From: Iphione sp. A-MEVVRFRX5
Lineage: Eukaryota
Length of the DNA: 64,000 nucleotides
Direction of reading: 5' to 3'
NCBI GenBank assembly: GCA_976226885.1
Contig: OZ320322.1
Location: 59,024,001-59,088,000, forward strand
Shown piece by piece: positions 1 through 14,046 of the stretch. How positions within the stretch are numbered: position 1 is the stretch's first letter; the number at the start of each line of letters is the position of its first letter. The notes under the pieces were generated by a model that did not search any database, had not been told where the DNA came from, and saw nothing but the letters and a program-made list of their open reading frames with translations. The position numbers and the translations under genes were made by a program.

Positions 1-3000
1 CCCGTGGCTGCCTTCTAATCGACCGCTCCCCCGCCGAGCCGTCGACTGGGGCTGGGGGGAGGGGGTTGTTGTACCTGCCGGCCGACAGGGGGCACCACCA
101 CTCTCTCAGGCATCATCCGGGTCTCGAGACCGGCCATCTTTTAACGCCCGCCACCAGGCGGCAGGGCGGAGACACATAAAACGGGAGTGTATAGTCAAGA
201 AGGACTGGATACCAGGAGAGAGAGGACAGCGTCTCTGAGGGTGTAATTATACGTCTGTAGCAAAGTGTGCCATTACCAGCGCAGGTCCCCCCCCTTGCGC
301 GAGATGCTCGGCATGCCATTAAACATCATTAAGCTGTTTTTACCGGGCGGGACAAAAGACGGTTGTTTCATCAGTCAGCCTGCTTGAGATAGCTAACCCG
401 GGCGGGTGGGGATGGGGGGAGCGCAATCACTTGATCTCATCAAATTGAATTAGAAGTCAGCTTGGTTGAAAAGGAAGGGGGGGGGGACTGCACTCCTCTT
501 CGCAGCGTGACGAAATAGAGCAGGAGAGAGAGAGAGAGAGGAGACATCCATCTCGAGACTCAGTGAAACAGATGGCCTCTTTTATCATGATCTATAGTCA
601 GAATCAAAATTCAAACCATTGCAGGTAAGAGATTTCTTAACCCGCGCCCTTTATAGTCCGGCGCTGCTTTTCTGTGACCAGTCGTATATATATTTATATT
701 GATGACACGGTATAACAGAGGAAGCATTCCGCTCTTTGTTCAACGTCCAGCTCCAGCCTGGCAACATGACACGACTCGCTGAAGGAAATATATGACGGGG
801 AGCAAATTCGTTTTAATTGACACATACGTCGTTGTTATCGGAGGGTTGGGGTTTTTTTTTTTGGTGGCGGTGCCTGCGTCTGTTCAAAAGCTCCCTGAAT
901 GCTCCTTATCCCCATCACAGAGCCTCTCATTGTGTCCGGGAGGTGACCATTTCAGCCGCGCTGCCAAAACACTTTCAGGGGGGGGGGGGGGATCTGCTTC
1001 AAACGCGGACGGCGGGAGAGTATATACACGCCCCCATCACTTTGACAAAAATGGAACAGATCCGTGATTTGGAGAAGGAGGAGGTGGAGGAGAAAAAAGT
1101 GGCTTCTTTTGGAGCAAGGGCGGCCAGCAACACAACAAGGCGGCCACTTGTACAATATTGATGTGAGCAGTAGGTCCTACCTCACTGGGCACCACGCCTG
1201 TTGGGTATAAATTCTAGCCGCCTGACAAATGGGTCGACTCTTCCTGTGGTCCTCCTCCTCCTCCTGCTGCTGCTTCTGCTGTCGGGTGCCCTTGTAGCTC
1301 CCCCTGGAGGATGGGCTGACCCTGATCCCTCCCCCCCCGACGTCTGGAGGGGGTGGGTGGCCTGCCCGGAGGAGACTGCTGGAGGTGTAGAGTGGTGGGG
1401 GAGTAGGGGGTTCATATAAAGGCTGTGGAGGTGGTGCGGGTTGGGGGGGGAGGCTGTAGGAGGAGGAGGAGGGGACAGTGACCTCCTCCTCCACCCAGGT
1501 GAGCCGCAAATACCATACCTTCATCACTCGATGATCATCATCTCCTCCTGGGTGGATAATTTATAGGTAAAAAGGTAAAGGCGCACCTGGTTAACAGCCC
1601 CTCCTCCCCCTCCCCTCCGGCGGCGCCCCCCGCTCCGCTCCCGGCAACCCTCTATTGATAAATATTTGAAGTGTACATCAACATGTGTTCTCGATTAGGA
1701 AGAAACGAATGCCCCTCGAGCGATGATGAATGATTTATCTCACACATATACAGCTCACCACTATATCGCGCGCGTATGAACTTTAAAAGACAATTATCAA
1801 TTATTATTCTTTTTTTCCTCACAAACGGAATTCCATTACATATATCATTATTATGAAAGAAGAAGCTGTGCGGGGAATCCGAGTGGATTGTCGCGGTGAA
1901 TCTTGCACTTGTCTTTCCCCCACACTCATTCTACTAACCGGTTCAGACGTTTTGATGAACTGCCGACTTGTTTTTAACCCGACCAAGTATCGCTTTCCAC
2001 TTCGGAACGAAAAAGATTTGTCACAGTGGAGAGGGAAAAAAAAAGAATGAGGAGAGGGTATATTTTTGGTTGAAAATAACTGTATCTTGTATTTCAGCTC
2101 TGAATTAAAATTCTTTGCTTGTGTCCGCTATATACCGTTTTCGCCCGGGCATATAAATGCAGATATAGATATATCTTAGAACGCCTGTTTTCCCCTATGC
2201 AATGTATACTTATAATCGTATTTTTCTGCATGTACATGTATTTGATTGTATCAAGGCAGTGGCGGCATGTATATTCATTCGCCTGTGTGTACAAAGTAAG
2301 TTCGTACTCAGCACTCGCTTTTTAACGGCGTGTGAAAAGAGCTTGTTTTTCTTGTTGATATAATTTCCCCCTCGTTTCTTCACGTTCGGTGCGACATAAC
2401 CTCCTGTGTCTATTTAACGAGTGGTAACCGTCCTCCTGCTCCTCCTGCTCCTCCTGTTGTGTGTGTATATACTTGACGTGGGCGACCGGCGGGTCTCTCT
2501 TCTGTCTGCGGTAGAGCTGGGGGGTTGGGGGGAATGGGAGGGGACCTCCCCGACTGTCAGCGTCCCTCTATGACGTATACACGCGGGCTACAAGGTCATC
2601 ATCTATCAATCAGCGACTCTAGTGAACCGCTGCAGCCCCCGCCATCTTGTCAGGCGGCCCCCGCGGGAACTGCTGGCGGCCAGGGCGGAATGTGCAGCCT
2701 GATAAAGCCGTTAGTACCCGTTACAACAAGCCGGCCGCTCAAGCACCTTATAATCTCCCCCCTGCGAGCTTGCAGCTTAACACCATGCAGCACATCCGAT
2801 TTCGGTTACTTCTTAATATTGCGGCCTGGTTGTTGACCGCTGGAACGGGGCTGTCTTGCCTGGTTATATCTAGACCTGTCTGAGACCCCTCAACCCGCCT
2901 CCCCGTTATCGTCCCCGAGTGTCTGCTCTCTCCTCATCCTCCGCTGATGGCCCACGTCTATACCTTTCCTCCTTTAATTGCCTAAATATCTCGTGCTCTC

Positions 3001-3212
3001 CTCCGTCCGTGGCAGCTTGTCTCTCATGAACAATGTCGATTTTTCGGTATGCATGGGACTAGATGTGTCTTTCTGTCTGTGTTTAGAGTATCTCGTTTTC
3101 TTTTCCTGCGTCGCTCCAGCCGTTCCCTCTCTCATGGCCTTTCTCCTCCTCCGTTCTTTCTTCTCCTCCGTTCTTTCTATCTCCAGTTATGTGTGTACTC
3201 CCTTACCCTTCG

Positions 3213-3356
3213 NNNNNNNNNNNNNNNNNNNNNNNNNNNNNNNNNNNNNNNNNNNNNNNNNNNNNNNNNNNNNNNNNNNNNNNNNNNNNNNNNNNNNNNN
3301 NNNNNNNNNNNNNNNNNNNNNNNNNNNNNNNNNNNNNNNNNNNNNNNNNNNNNNNN
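3213..3356. other. Assembly gap (144 N)
   Basis: Run of N. Confidence 1.
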
Positions 3357-4291
3357 CCATGTCGTTCTTTTCTCTCACTAACGAACAACATACATTGTAC
3401 TCAATAAAAGTTTTCAAAGTTTCAAATTTCTTCCCTCTTTGCGCACATGGAATTACTTTGCTTGCCGCAGCATATGGAGTAGCTATGATAGAGAATACAC
3501 GTACCAACTTTACTTCTATAGAAGGTGTTCATGAAGATGCATATATACATGTATATGTAGCATACCTGCGATCTGTTGCGATAGTGCAAGATTTTGATTT
3601 GATCTGATTTGATTTAGTTCACTTGTCTGGGTAAACAATGAACACAGGATCTTCCAGTGAAAACAAAATCCAATTAAGAATAGAACGTAGAAAATTATAG
3701 GCAAATAGAAGAAGGATCGAGAAACAAGAAAACTTACATGAATGCTACGTAAGAACATCTCTCTCATCTGTTTACAATTGTTCAAGACCAACATATACCA
3801 CATGATGGTACATGTATATGTGTACTTCCGAACGAACCATGCACCTTTCCAGCTTATTCATATCAACAGGACTACCTGTGTATCACCTATTTGATCTCGT
3901 TTCTATGTGGCACCTGTCCGGGCTGCTAATACGGTATAGAGAGCTGACCCCTGTTCGACCTGGGGTCGTTTTAGGAAGAGTTCCCTGATGAGTTAGGCAT
4001 GACACAGCTATGAGAATGACCTCCAAGGGACCCACCGGCGGCCTAAAACGGCTTCCATATCCAAACTGCTTCATGCCTAATAGCGTGATGTGAAACGACA
4101 TGCACTCTTGCCTCACGTCAATGTGGTTACGAAAGAGCAGCGTGGAAGTGCACACATGTGTGTGCATGTGTGTGTGTGTGTTGTGTATGCCCTTGGGTTT
4201 GGCATGTTTCTGCCACTGCAAGCGAGAGTGTATGTGTTTGTTCGCAGGGATACACTTTGGATTGTTAAGGCAGAAATTGCATTTTGTGTTG

Positions 4292-7176
4292 CACTCAAAA
4301 AAACAATTGGTTGAATTCTTAACCAAATTCATTGGTTGATGAAAAATTGGTTGGTGTAACCAACATTTTTGGTTGTTTTATGCTAATTCCTACCAAAGGG
4401 CTTGGTAGATACAACCAATAAAAATTGGTCGGTGGTTGTAACCAACATTTTTGGTTGGTTTATGCTTAATTTCTACCAAAGGGCTTGGTAGATACAACCA
4501 ATAAAAATTGGTTGATGGTTGCTAGGATACCAAATGACCTAGATGGTGAAAGGGAGCCCTGCTAATTACTCCCAGATACTCCTGGTTCTACCCTGCCTGA
4601 CCAGTGACCTAAAAACGCTTACATTGAGCATATTACTACAGAAGAGGACTGGACATAGGAGAGACAGGATGGTTCCTCATAAGAGAAAACTACAACTTTC
4701 ACCAAGGTTAAGCAAGGAAAGCAAATAAGTAAGTACAACTTGATTTAAGTCAAACATATAAAGAGAGATAAATTTATTGATTTGATATTAACTTCTAGCT
4801 TGGAATTATAATGATTTCTTATCTTATCCACATGAGCAGATGGTAAAAACTGTTATACCTGAATTTACTCCCTAAGCATTTCTGTATTATACCTTCATGT
4901 AATATAGGTGTGTGTAAGTGTATGGGTGCTGTGTACATGAAGATGTCTAAATATGTATATCTAGATATTTGTAGACATGTATGCAAGAGTATAATATGTG
5001 TGTGGATGTATGATTATACTACCTCTTTCTTACACACTGTCTTATCAAGTATAAGTGCAATGCCAAAGATGTTTGTATAAGTGTATAAACTTGTGTACAT
5101 TTAGATGAGTACAGATGTGATTGTGTATAATGTTTAGGTATGTATAAATATATTTGTGGATAGATATGTGTAGGTGTATACATACTTTAGGATATACAAT
5201 GTATATGTGTATGTATACCATATAGTGTGTGGATTTGTATACATTTAGGTCTGTGTAAATATATATAACTGTTCTTATGAGGGAGTATCTCATCTTAGTT
5301 GTGCATGTTGTGTGATCTCTTGCATTAGGAGAGAATGGCTACACCAGTATAAGTGTTGCTGTGAATCTTGTACTTTGGCTGCAGATGTTGTAGGTATTGG
5401 GAATATTAGTTGCACTAGTATAAGTGCACCTACATATATCAGCCTATACCATTGTGGAGATTGGCTGCACCAGTATAAATGTAGCTGGGACATTGTTTTA
5501 GCATATTCATTTATAGAGATTGGTTACACCAGTACAAGTGTAGCTGCTGATATTGGCTGCACCAGTATAAGTGTAGCTGCAGATGTATTAGTGTTGTAGA
5601 TATTGGGTAGCTTTGAGGAGATAAGCTGCACTAGTATAAGTGAAGCTGTAGATACTGTATTACTGTTGTAGACATTATTAGTTTGCAGAGATCGGCTACA
5701 CCAGTATAGGTGTAGGTGTGAATGTTTTATTCTTGTCACAGATACTGCAAACATATAAGACTTCATCAGTGTAAATGTAGCTGCCATACTGTACAATGTT
5801 ATTTGTAGTCACACCAGTACAGGTGTGAATGTAGGTGTGTCACATTTGTATTTAGAGCTCTATATATTTAGGTATGTGTAGATAAGTATGAATGTGTGCA
5901 ACTCTGTCTGCATTTATGGATGTGTAGATTTATGTAGATATTTATGAAGGTGTTTATATTTGTGTAGTTTTGGGATATATACATGTAAAGGTCTGTAAAA
6001 ATTGGTGTGTGTAGTTATGTGTAGGTGTATACTTACAATAGGATATATAGGTGTATATATGCATGTGTATGAAATATATTTGCAGAGTTGTATGTATGTA
6101 GATACATGCAGATGTGTATACATGCACATAAATATATTCCAGTTAATATATGTAGATGTGCTGGGTAGGTATGAAGTATATATTAAATTGTGTATATTGA
6201 CTTCACCCTTAATACATATTCTCTGTTATAATATGTGTCAATGGTAATGTTCTAATCCCACTCTTATTTTTCTCACTCTATGGCTGTACTTTTTCCTTCT
6301 GTAATATATTGCTAGTTCTTCATTTTTTATCATTCTCTCAACATATCATGTATTAAGTTAAACATTTCAATTCAACAGATTCACTGCTATGGACTTTGTT
6401 AAGAAGCTGAGTGAGTTTGGATTCCAGTATATCATCAACTATGACCACAACAGCATTAGAGTCATGGAGTATCTACAATTGTTTAAGTGAAATATTTGAT
6501 ACCATCTCTATATTCAAGTACAGTTTTTATACATCTCATAAAATATTTCACTGCTAATTTTTTATTTTGATTACTATATCATTTTTCCACTTTGTATTCT
6601 GTATCAGATTACTATGAAATCTTTAGCTTATAACATATATCTTATTATAACCTAGAAATCAAGTGTAGTTTCTCATATAGTTATACTACTAGTTTTGAAT
6701 AAAGATATTTGGAGAAAATAAGTTGCTTTTCTTTGTCTTTCATTATCTACATGATTGTAATATATTGTAAAGTGAAGTAACAATTCAAGTGATATTTGTT
6801 TTTATAGATAAAGCAGTAAAATTATAATCGCTTGAAAATAAACAATTAACAATGGTTATTTTAACCAAGAAAAATTGGTTATATAAACACATAGAAGCAA
6901 CCAAAATATTGGTAGTTCTAACCAAATTACTTGGTTAGTATAACCAAATTTATTGTTAGTTCCAACCAATTTTTTAATTTTCTGGAATCAAATGACCAAT
7001 AAAATTGGTTGTTTTAACCATGACTTTTGGTTAGTTCTACCAAATTATTGGTTGCAGTTGTGACCAAAATTTATTGGTTAAAATGACCAATGGTTTGGTC
7101 GGACATATATTGACCATTGAAATTGGTTAAAATTAACCAATATTTTGGTAGATTCAACCAATTATTTTTTTGAGTG
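4292..7176. mobile_element. Non-autonomous CACT-ended DNA transposon (CMC/EnSpm-like), about 2.9 kb
   Basis: Left end CACTCAAAAAAACAATTGGTTGAAT and right end ATTCAACCAATTATTTTTTTGAGTG form 25-bp TIRs with 1 mismatch, flanked by TG on both sides (2-bp TSD). Dense subterminal AACCAA/TTGGTT repeats occur at both ends, including a direct repeat of about 83 bp at about 4350-4513. Confidence 0.85.
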
Positions 7177-7908
7177 TGGGGATGGGTGAGGATACATATG
7201 GGTGAAAATTTCTGTATATTCATATTGATGAATGAGATATTTACGTTGGAGGCCGGATTTTAGCGATGTCATACTAATTGTGTCGATGATAATGTAAAAC
7301 TTAGGTGGAGAGACGGTGTAGACACACACATACACACACATGGGGTTGGGACACACACTGTGTCGATGTATATGATGATATCTATTGGGTACTGGTGTGT
7401 GTATGAGTTGGTGTAGGTACACACACCCACGAGACCATTAATGGAGAGTTGGATGTTGGTGCTTGACGTGAAGAGTGTGTGTGTGTGTGGGGGGGGGGGG
7501 GTTATTTGGGTGGGTGGATATATGCGTGTGTATGTTATATGTCCGTGGGGTGGATAGATGGAGGTGCATTTTGGGTGGCGCTGCTGTGATAGCGCCGTGC
7601 GGCGTCGAATAGATCCATCACGTGACCGTTCACCTCTGGCGCCCCCTGCCGGCGAGTGGCTGACATGCCAGCGTCTGAGGATGAGCAGCTCGTGTTTCGG
7701 GGCGGCGGGCGGCAGGCGGCGCTAAACACGACGCGGTATGCGCGCCGCCGTCGCCGCCGCCGCCGCCCGCGCTGCCGACGGCTGTCGTGTCTTGGCCACT
7801 TATCTGCGCCTTATCACCTCCTATACGCCAGTCTATTAGCTGCAGCGCCCGGTGTCAGGCGGGGCAGGGCCGCGCCCACCGCCGAGTTATGTCCGGGCTA
7901 TCAACGCT

Positions 7909-8880
7909 GACAGTTTTCATAGACTCATTACGTCCTCAAACTTGTATAAATATAATAAATCCATATGTAATACACAATGACAGTTTTCATAGACTCATTA
8001 CATCCTCAAACTTGTATAAATATAATAAATCCATATGTAATACAAGGTGACAGTTTTCATAGACTCATTACATCCTCAAACTTGTATAAATATAATAAAT
8101 CCATATGTAATACACAGCGACAGTTTTCATAGACTCATTACATCCTCAAACTTGTATAAATATAATAAATCCATATGTAATACACAGCGACAGTTTTCAT
8201 AGACTCATTACATCCTCAAACTTGTATAAATATAATAAATCCACATGTAATACACAGCGACAGTTTTCATAGACTCATTACATCCTCAAACTTGTATAAA
8301 TATAATAAATCCACATGTAATACACAGCGACACTTTTCATAGACTAATTATATCATCATAGTTGAATAATATAATACATCCATATTTAATACACAGTGAC
8401 AGTTTCATAGTCATTCTAGGTCCATACATATACTGATATGATTAAAAATGTATGTATCATATACAATGACAGTTTTAATAGTAGATGTATTTATACAAAT
8501 CTATTAAATACATACATAATATGCAGTGATAGTTTTCATAGCGTCATTTTATGGTCATGCTTATAGAAATATTATAAATTACATACAGTAACAGTTTTTA
8601 CACTCATTTTATGTCCACAATTATGCAAACATAATACATGCATACATATACAGTAACTGTCCCATAGACACATGCTTATACAAATATAATCAAAATATGT
8701 ATTACATGTATATATACGTTGCCAGTTTTGATAGCTACAGTAAATATCCATCTTTATACTAATATGATAGATATACATTACATGTAATGACAGTTTCCAC
8801 AATTTGTCATTATGCTGGTCTCCTGCTAATACAACAGATACATAAATGTACATATATATTATATTTGGTGACCGTTTTCA
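7909..8880. repeat. 70-bp minisatellite: six near-perfect units (7909-8328) followed by a degenerate tail
   Basis: The GACAGTTTTCATAGACTCATTAC unit starts at 7909, 7979, 8049, 8119, 8189 and 8259, with a variant at 8329. Confidence 0.95.
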
Positions 8881-10906
8881 TAGATTTCTGCATAGATCTG
8901 TGTTTCTCAAAGAGAAGGGAGATTTGTGTACAGCCATGTGTATCAAAGTAAATATTCCTTTAAGGTGCATGTACATTTTCTACTATGAGTTTTAATGTAC
9001 ATTTTGTTCTCGTCGTACATATAAGGGAGAATACACAATGTATGTCGCACACTTGTTGGGGGGAAACTGACGATAAAGCACGCGTGTTTCATGAGTCATT
9101 CAAGATGACAAAGCGTGAGGAAACAATTTTAGGTCGTTAAAGAATATTGCTGCCATGGTGTGTTTTTTTGGTGGGGCTATTTTTTGTGGGGACTTTTGTG
9201 TGTGATTTATTGGTCAGCATTCAGCACACGTCGCTGGCCGCTGACGACAGTGGAATGAAGCCGCCCGCTAACTGAAAACGACCGCCGGTAAGACGATCTC
9301 ATTTTGTTCTCGTGTATCAATGGGAGCGGACGCCTAATTACAGTCGACATGTCAGCGTCACTGGCAATGAGTAACATATCAACGCACATGTTCCTAATAT
9401 TGTAGCGGCCTTGACACTACACACCCACGGAAAGAATGCCCGCCTGTCCACAGCCCAGCAGCGGTCGTCGGCTGCAGGGTTTTTTTTTTCCTCCCCTCGC
9501 ACGATCTTCGTCTAACCATTCTCCAGGGTCTCTCTCCGGGTCTTTTCTTTCTCCCTTCATTTGAACGCTGTTGAAGGAAGACCAGTCGTTTAAAGCCCCG
9601 GAGGACAGAGACGCCCACCCGGACACGTCACGCCGTCTGTCGGTGGGCGTTCTGCAACGGTCGTCGACGGACGTGACGTCAAGCCAGACGAAGCGCGTGA
9701 CGGATCAGAGCGTCACGACGGGCGTCTTCTAGTGATAACCAGAGCCGATAGGGGGCGCCCCCGGGTGCCTTACCGTTCTGCTTCAGGTCTCGCTCTGCAA
9801 ATTAGCGTGACGGTGGCCGACAAGCGCCGTTATGTAACAACGTGTCAGGTGTCATGGCTGCCCGCCCGTCCCGCGGTCCTCCCTCCTGGCGCCCTGCCGG
9901 ACGCTGGTCGCCGACCTCCGGGTGTATTATCTCTTCCCACTGGAAGAGGACGACGGTGGATGTGTGTGGGGGGCAGGACAATGTTTACTTTGTGTCGTTC
10001 TTTATCCAGGCCGCGACAGACAGCGGGTGAACGAAGAGAATCCATCACTTGTTACTAGGACGACGGCTGCTGCTGAGGACGACCAACCTTGCAACCCGGC
10101 GACCAAGGAGGGAGTACACGCCGATTACCAGCAAACTGGCACCACCGCTGCTGCCTGTCTCCTCCTCTTACAGGCGTCACCGATAGAATAGATAATGAGG
10201 GTTAAGTCAACAGGCAATGCGGGCCGATTCTGTTTACAGTGCCACATCTTGATTGCCCATCTAATCTGATGGCTCCTCGCGCACCGATGGATAAAAGTCA
10301 GGGGGGGGGGGCGTATGTAGAAATCGGGAGGGCTCGGGGTGGCCTGAGGCCATTTACTGGCAGCTGAGAATGGAAATCAGTGTCCGGTGCGATGGAGAGG
10401 CTGCTAAACGGCTCCGCGGCATTGTTGGCGGTGGTGGCCTGGCCGAGGCAGCAGAAGGTGTCATTAACGCGCTAAAAGAGCCATCTTGAATATGCTAATA
10501 ACCCCCATGTGCTGCTGCTTCTCTCTCGGGGCACTAACTCATCCCCGGCCAACCAGAACTGTCTGCAGTTATCTGCCGGCCCTGACACGGCCGACAAAAA
10601 TGTCGCTGCCGTAATTAATGAAAGGCGCGCCTCCGTCGGTCGCGACAAAAAGGGCGGCCCCTCCCCCCTCCCCCCCATCTCCTCCCCCCCCCGAGCCCCT
10701 CCCCGCCGCCGGCCTATCGCGCAGGCGCCGTCACCAACGACGAGTCAAACTGTTCGTTACCGATCGCCATCAATCACGTGCACGGCAGCGCCCCGAGATT
10801 GGCGCCAAACGCATAATGAGCGCCGCTTCTTCACTGAAAAATGTCGTCTGCTGCTGCTGCTACCAGTACCGTTGTGAGAGTCTGTTGTGTTTCTTCTCTG
10901 GTACGC

Positions 10907-10908
<2 letters not shown>

Positions 10909-10946
<38 letters not shown>
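10909..10946. repeat. (GT)n microsatellite (others at about 15220-15274, 39485-39513 and 51650-51671)
   Basis: Perfect GT dinucleotide run. Confidence 0.95.
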
Positions 10947-10950
<4 letters not shown>

Positions 10951-12930
10951 GGTTGGAGTTGTAATTAAACAGCGGGATGATGAGATACTGTGGATGAAGC
11001 ATTGTTGAAGCCAGCACTCGCAAGTTTAACGACCAAACTGTCCTAAATCCCATCATCGCCTTCAGGATTGGGGGAAATTTGTCAGAACGAGACAGATGTC
11101 GGGTATAACTTTTGAACTTCATGGCCAACCTCTGTAAGGGTCACTAAGAAGGAAAAGATACATCGCCCTACACGCAGTTGTGCCACTCTTTCCCACGTGA
11201 AACCACCCGTAGTCCTATATCTCTGCCCTGTTGGGAGATAATATACCCGGGGGATCACCACTATATATGCTCCTTTTTCCCTCTCTGTGTTTTTTTTGAG
11301 AGCAATCCAGAAAATGCATAAAAGCGGGGTGGGGTGAGTGGGGGGTGGGGGGCTCATCCCATAGAAACATCTTCTAAAGTAGGGCTTCATAAAACACGGA
11401 TGTAAATGTCGATGTGATTCGAATTGAAGGAGGAAATCAATCAGAAGACGAGAAAACGAGGAAAAAGGTATAGAAGACGTCGTTTAGAGGGAAAAAATAC
11501 TTCCGACCAGCCCTCGAGCACTATCAGCAGCTTGTAAATATATTGATTAGCGCAGCCCTGAACAGAGACGTCTTTCTCGACGTTAATTAAATCAGCATGA
11601 AAGGCGCCATACATTGCTTGGGCCAACAAGAAACACTTCAAGGGGAGAATCCGATATCCGCTCCCCTCTAGTTCTCTCAGATCCGACCCCTGACTTCTCA
11701 ACACTGTCCCTGCAAACAAATGGCAGCAGTTCTGCGTCTCGTCAAAACTCTCGTCGGTCAACGAGACTTGCTGCGTCTTGCTTTTGACGTCGCCGCCGAC
11801 CGGAAGTCTGGCGGGCGCCTGCGCACAGCTGATGTTTTCATCGACCGTCGACTGTCGGTAGCATGCACGTGCTGCCCGACCTCATGTGTGTGGTGTCGTC
11901 TTAATTGTAACTAATTAACTGGAGGCGCCAGCGGCGGTGGCGCGACGTCGGCGGAGCGGGCGGGCGGCGCCGCCGGCCTTTGATCAGCCGGTCGACGGCG
12001 CGGACAGGAAGCGGCGAGCGGGCAGGCGGGCGGGCGGGCGGGCGCGCGGGCGGCTGTTAGCCTCTGACAGACGAGATCAGGCACCAAAGAAGCGGCCGAC
12101 TTTTTGGCGGCCGGATCCAGCGGTGCGCCTGCGCGAGGAGAAGGGGCTGTCATCGCGAGCTTAATACAAGGCCGGCCTGGGGCCCGCTCCCACAGTCGTA
12201 AACGAGCTCCCAGACGCCCTTTTTAGAGGCCGCCTCAGCCACGGGGGACGTCTCTATAGAGACGGGAGCGCGGGTCGTGGCTGAACGGAGACGAATTGTT
12301 CAAGAGGCCATGAAATAAAGAACGAAGAGGCTGCGTGTTGGTGGTCGCCTTCCTTCCCCGCGGCGCTCGCTTAATAGGTTTTTATATTTTACTTTCAATC
12401 GGGGCGGGGGGGGGGCGTCGGGGGGGACGCCGGACGACGCGGGGAGGAGGAGATCTGTGCAGCGGACGGCGGCTGGAGGCCTGCAGGGTCACTCGAGTGT
12501 TACTGTCAAATGTCTGTACTGGTCATGGCGGCCAGTGAAGCGCGACTGATGTCTTCAGGAACAAACGCCGGCGCCCAACCGCCGGGTTTTTATCTTGTCG
12601 AGATAACACTGATCTATAGTCCCCCTTCAATCAGCCCTAATCGATTACCTTTTATCTTCGTCGAGAATTCATTTCGGACCGCGAAGGGCGCCCCGTTAAA
12701 TGATTTTAAACGGCTCGGCGATGGTTTAACGTTGCTGGGCCGCCCACTCTACCCGGGTGTGCGCACTCCCCTGATGATTGGCCTGCTCGCCAACAGACCA
12801 AGTCATGGCTCCCCCTCCCCCCTCTCCCCTCCCCCTCACACGAGCCTCAGCTTGCCACATAACATGACGGGCGCTAATAGTGCGTGCTACGTCATCGATA
12901 CTTGTGCACATCAACGGCTCGTCTAAAAGC

Positions 12931-13153
12931 CATTAGGTTAATTCGGTTAACTGGTTAATTAGCGGGGTTACTCAACATGGGGGTCGCCATTTCCTGACCA
13001 CGGCCGAGGGCTAATGAGAGGGAAACCGCCCGCCAGGCCGCTAGAGGGCAGCACTCGGCTCATTACCAGGGGCCTCTTGACAGCGTTAATCGCTCGAGTT
13101 TGGTTGTTGTCAATCATTAATTGTCTCTTAAGAGGCAGGGTTTACAACTAATG
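12931..13153. promoter_or_regulatory. Candidate enhancer: homeodomain-site cluster
   Basis: About ten TAAT/ATTA cores in about 220 bp (e.g. GGTTAATTAGC, CATTAATTG, CTAATG) in otherwise GC-balanced unique sequence upstream of the Lbx homeobox exon. Confidence 0.45.
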
Positions 13154-13254
13154 ACGTATACAGCGGAAATGCAGGCTGACTCAATCTGTCTTACGCATGC
13201 GCTGGATTTCGTTTGTCTCGCCGATGTAATACAGTATGTGTACACTCATACAAC

Positions 13255-14046
13255 TCTCAACTTAGACCACTCCTAGCATGTATACACTCACATTTCCTTC
13301 ATTCATGGAGGACAACTCTCCACTCTCACCACTCTTAATACGTATCTTAATACTCATACTTGCTTCATTCATGGAGGATAACTCCGCACTCTGTCCTCTC
13401 CTAGTATGTATGCCCTCATACTTGCTTCAAGTATGACAAATCTCCACTCTCGGACCACTCCTAGTACATACACATACATACTCATGAGTACTTCCTTTAT
13501 TCACGGAGGACAACTCTCTTCTCTGACCACTCCTAGTACATATACATGCATACTTGCTTCATTCATGGAGGACAACTCTGCACCCGGACCACTCCTAGTA
13601 CGTATACATTCATACGACCTTCATTCACGGAGGACAAATCTCACTCTTGGACCACTCCTAGTACATATACACTCATACTTCCTTCATTTATGGAGTAACA
13701 ACGCTCCACTCTCATCACTCCTAGTACGTATACACTCATACTTCCCTCATTTATGGAGTAACAATGCTCCACTCTCATCACTCCTAGTACGTATACACTC
13801 ATGCTTCCTTCATTCACGGAGGACAACTCTCTACTCTCATCACTCCTAGTACATATTTACTCATACTTAATTCATTTATGGAGTAACAATGCTCCACTCT
13901 CATCACTCCTAGTATGTATACACTCATACTTCCTTTATTCACCGAGTACAACTCTCCACTTGCAGCACTCCTAGTACATATACATGTACATTCATACTTC
14001 ATTCATTCATGGAGGACAACTCTCCACTCTCAGACCACTCCTAACC
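13255..14046. repeat. Minisatellite of about 62-66 bp, about 12 units
   Basis: Recurrent GGAGGACAACTCTCCACTCT..CCACTCCTAGTAC..TACACTCATACTT; unit starts include 13505, 13567, 13629, 13692, 13755 and 13818. Confidence 0.92.

Noticed and set aside
1201-1498. Exon ending at the CAG|GTGAGC donor (1498) as Lbx exon 1
   Set aside because: The phase-compatible frame has a TAA at 1417-1419 and lacks eh1 or SKTF-like motifs; the poly-Leu 'signal peptide' comes from (CCT/CTG)n low complexity.
3883-4332. 149-aa minus-strand ORF
   Set aside because: It starts inside the CACTC TIR, crosses a (GT)n tract and shows no recognisable domain or splice context.
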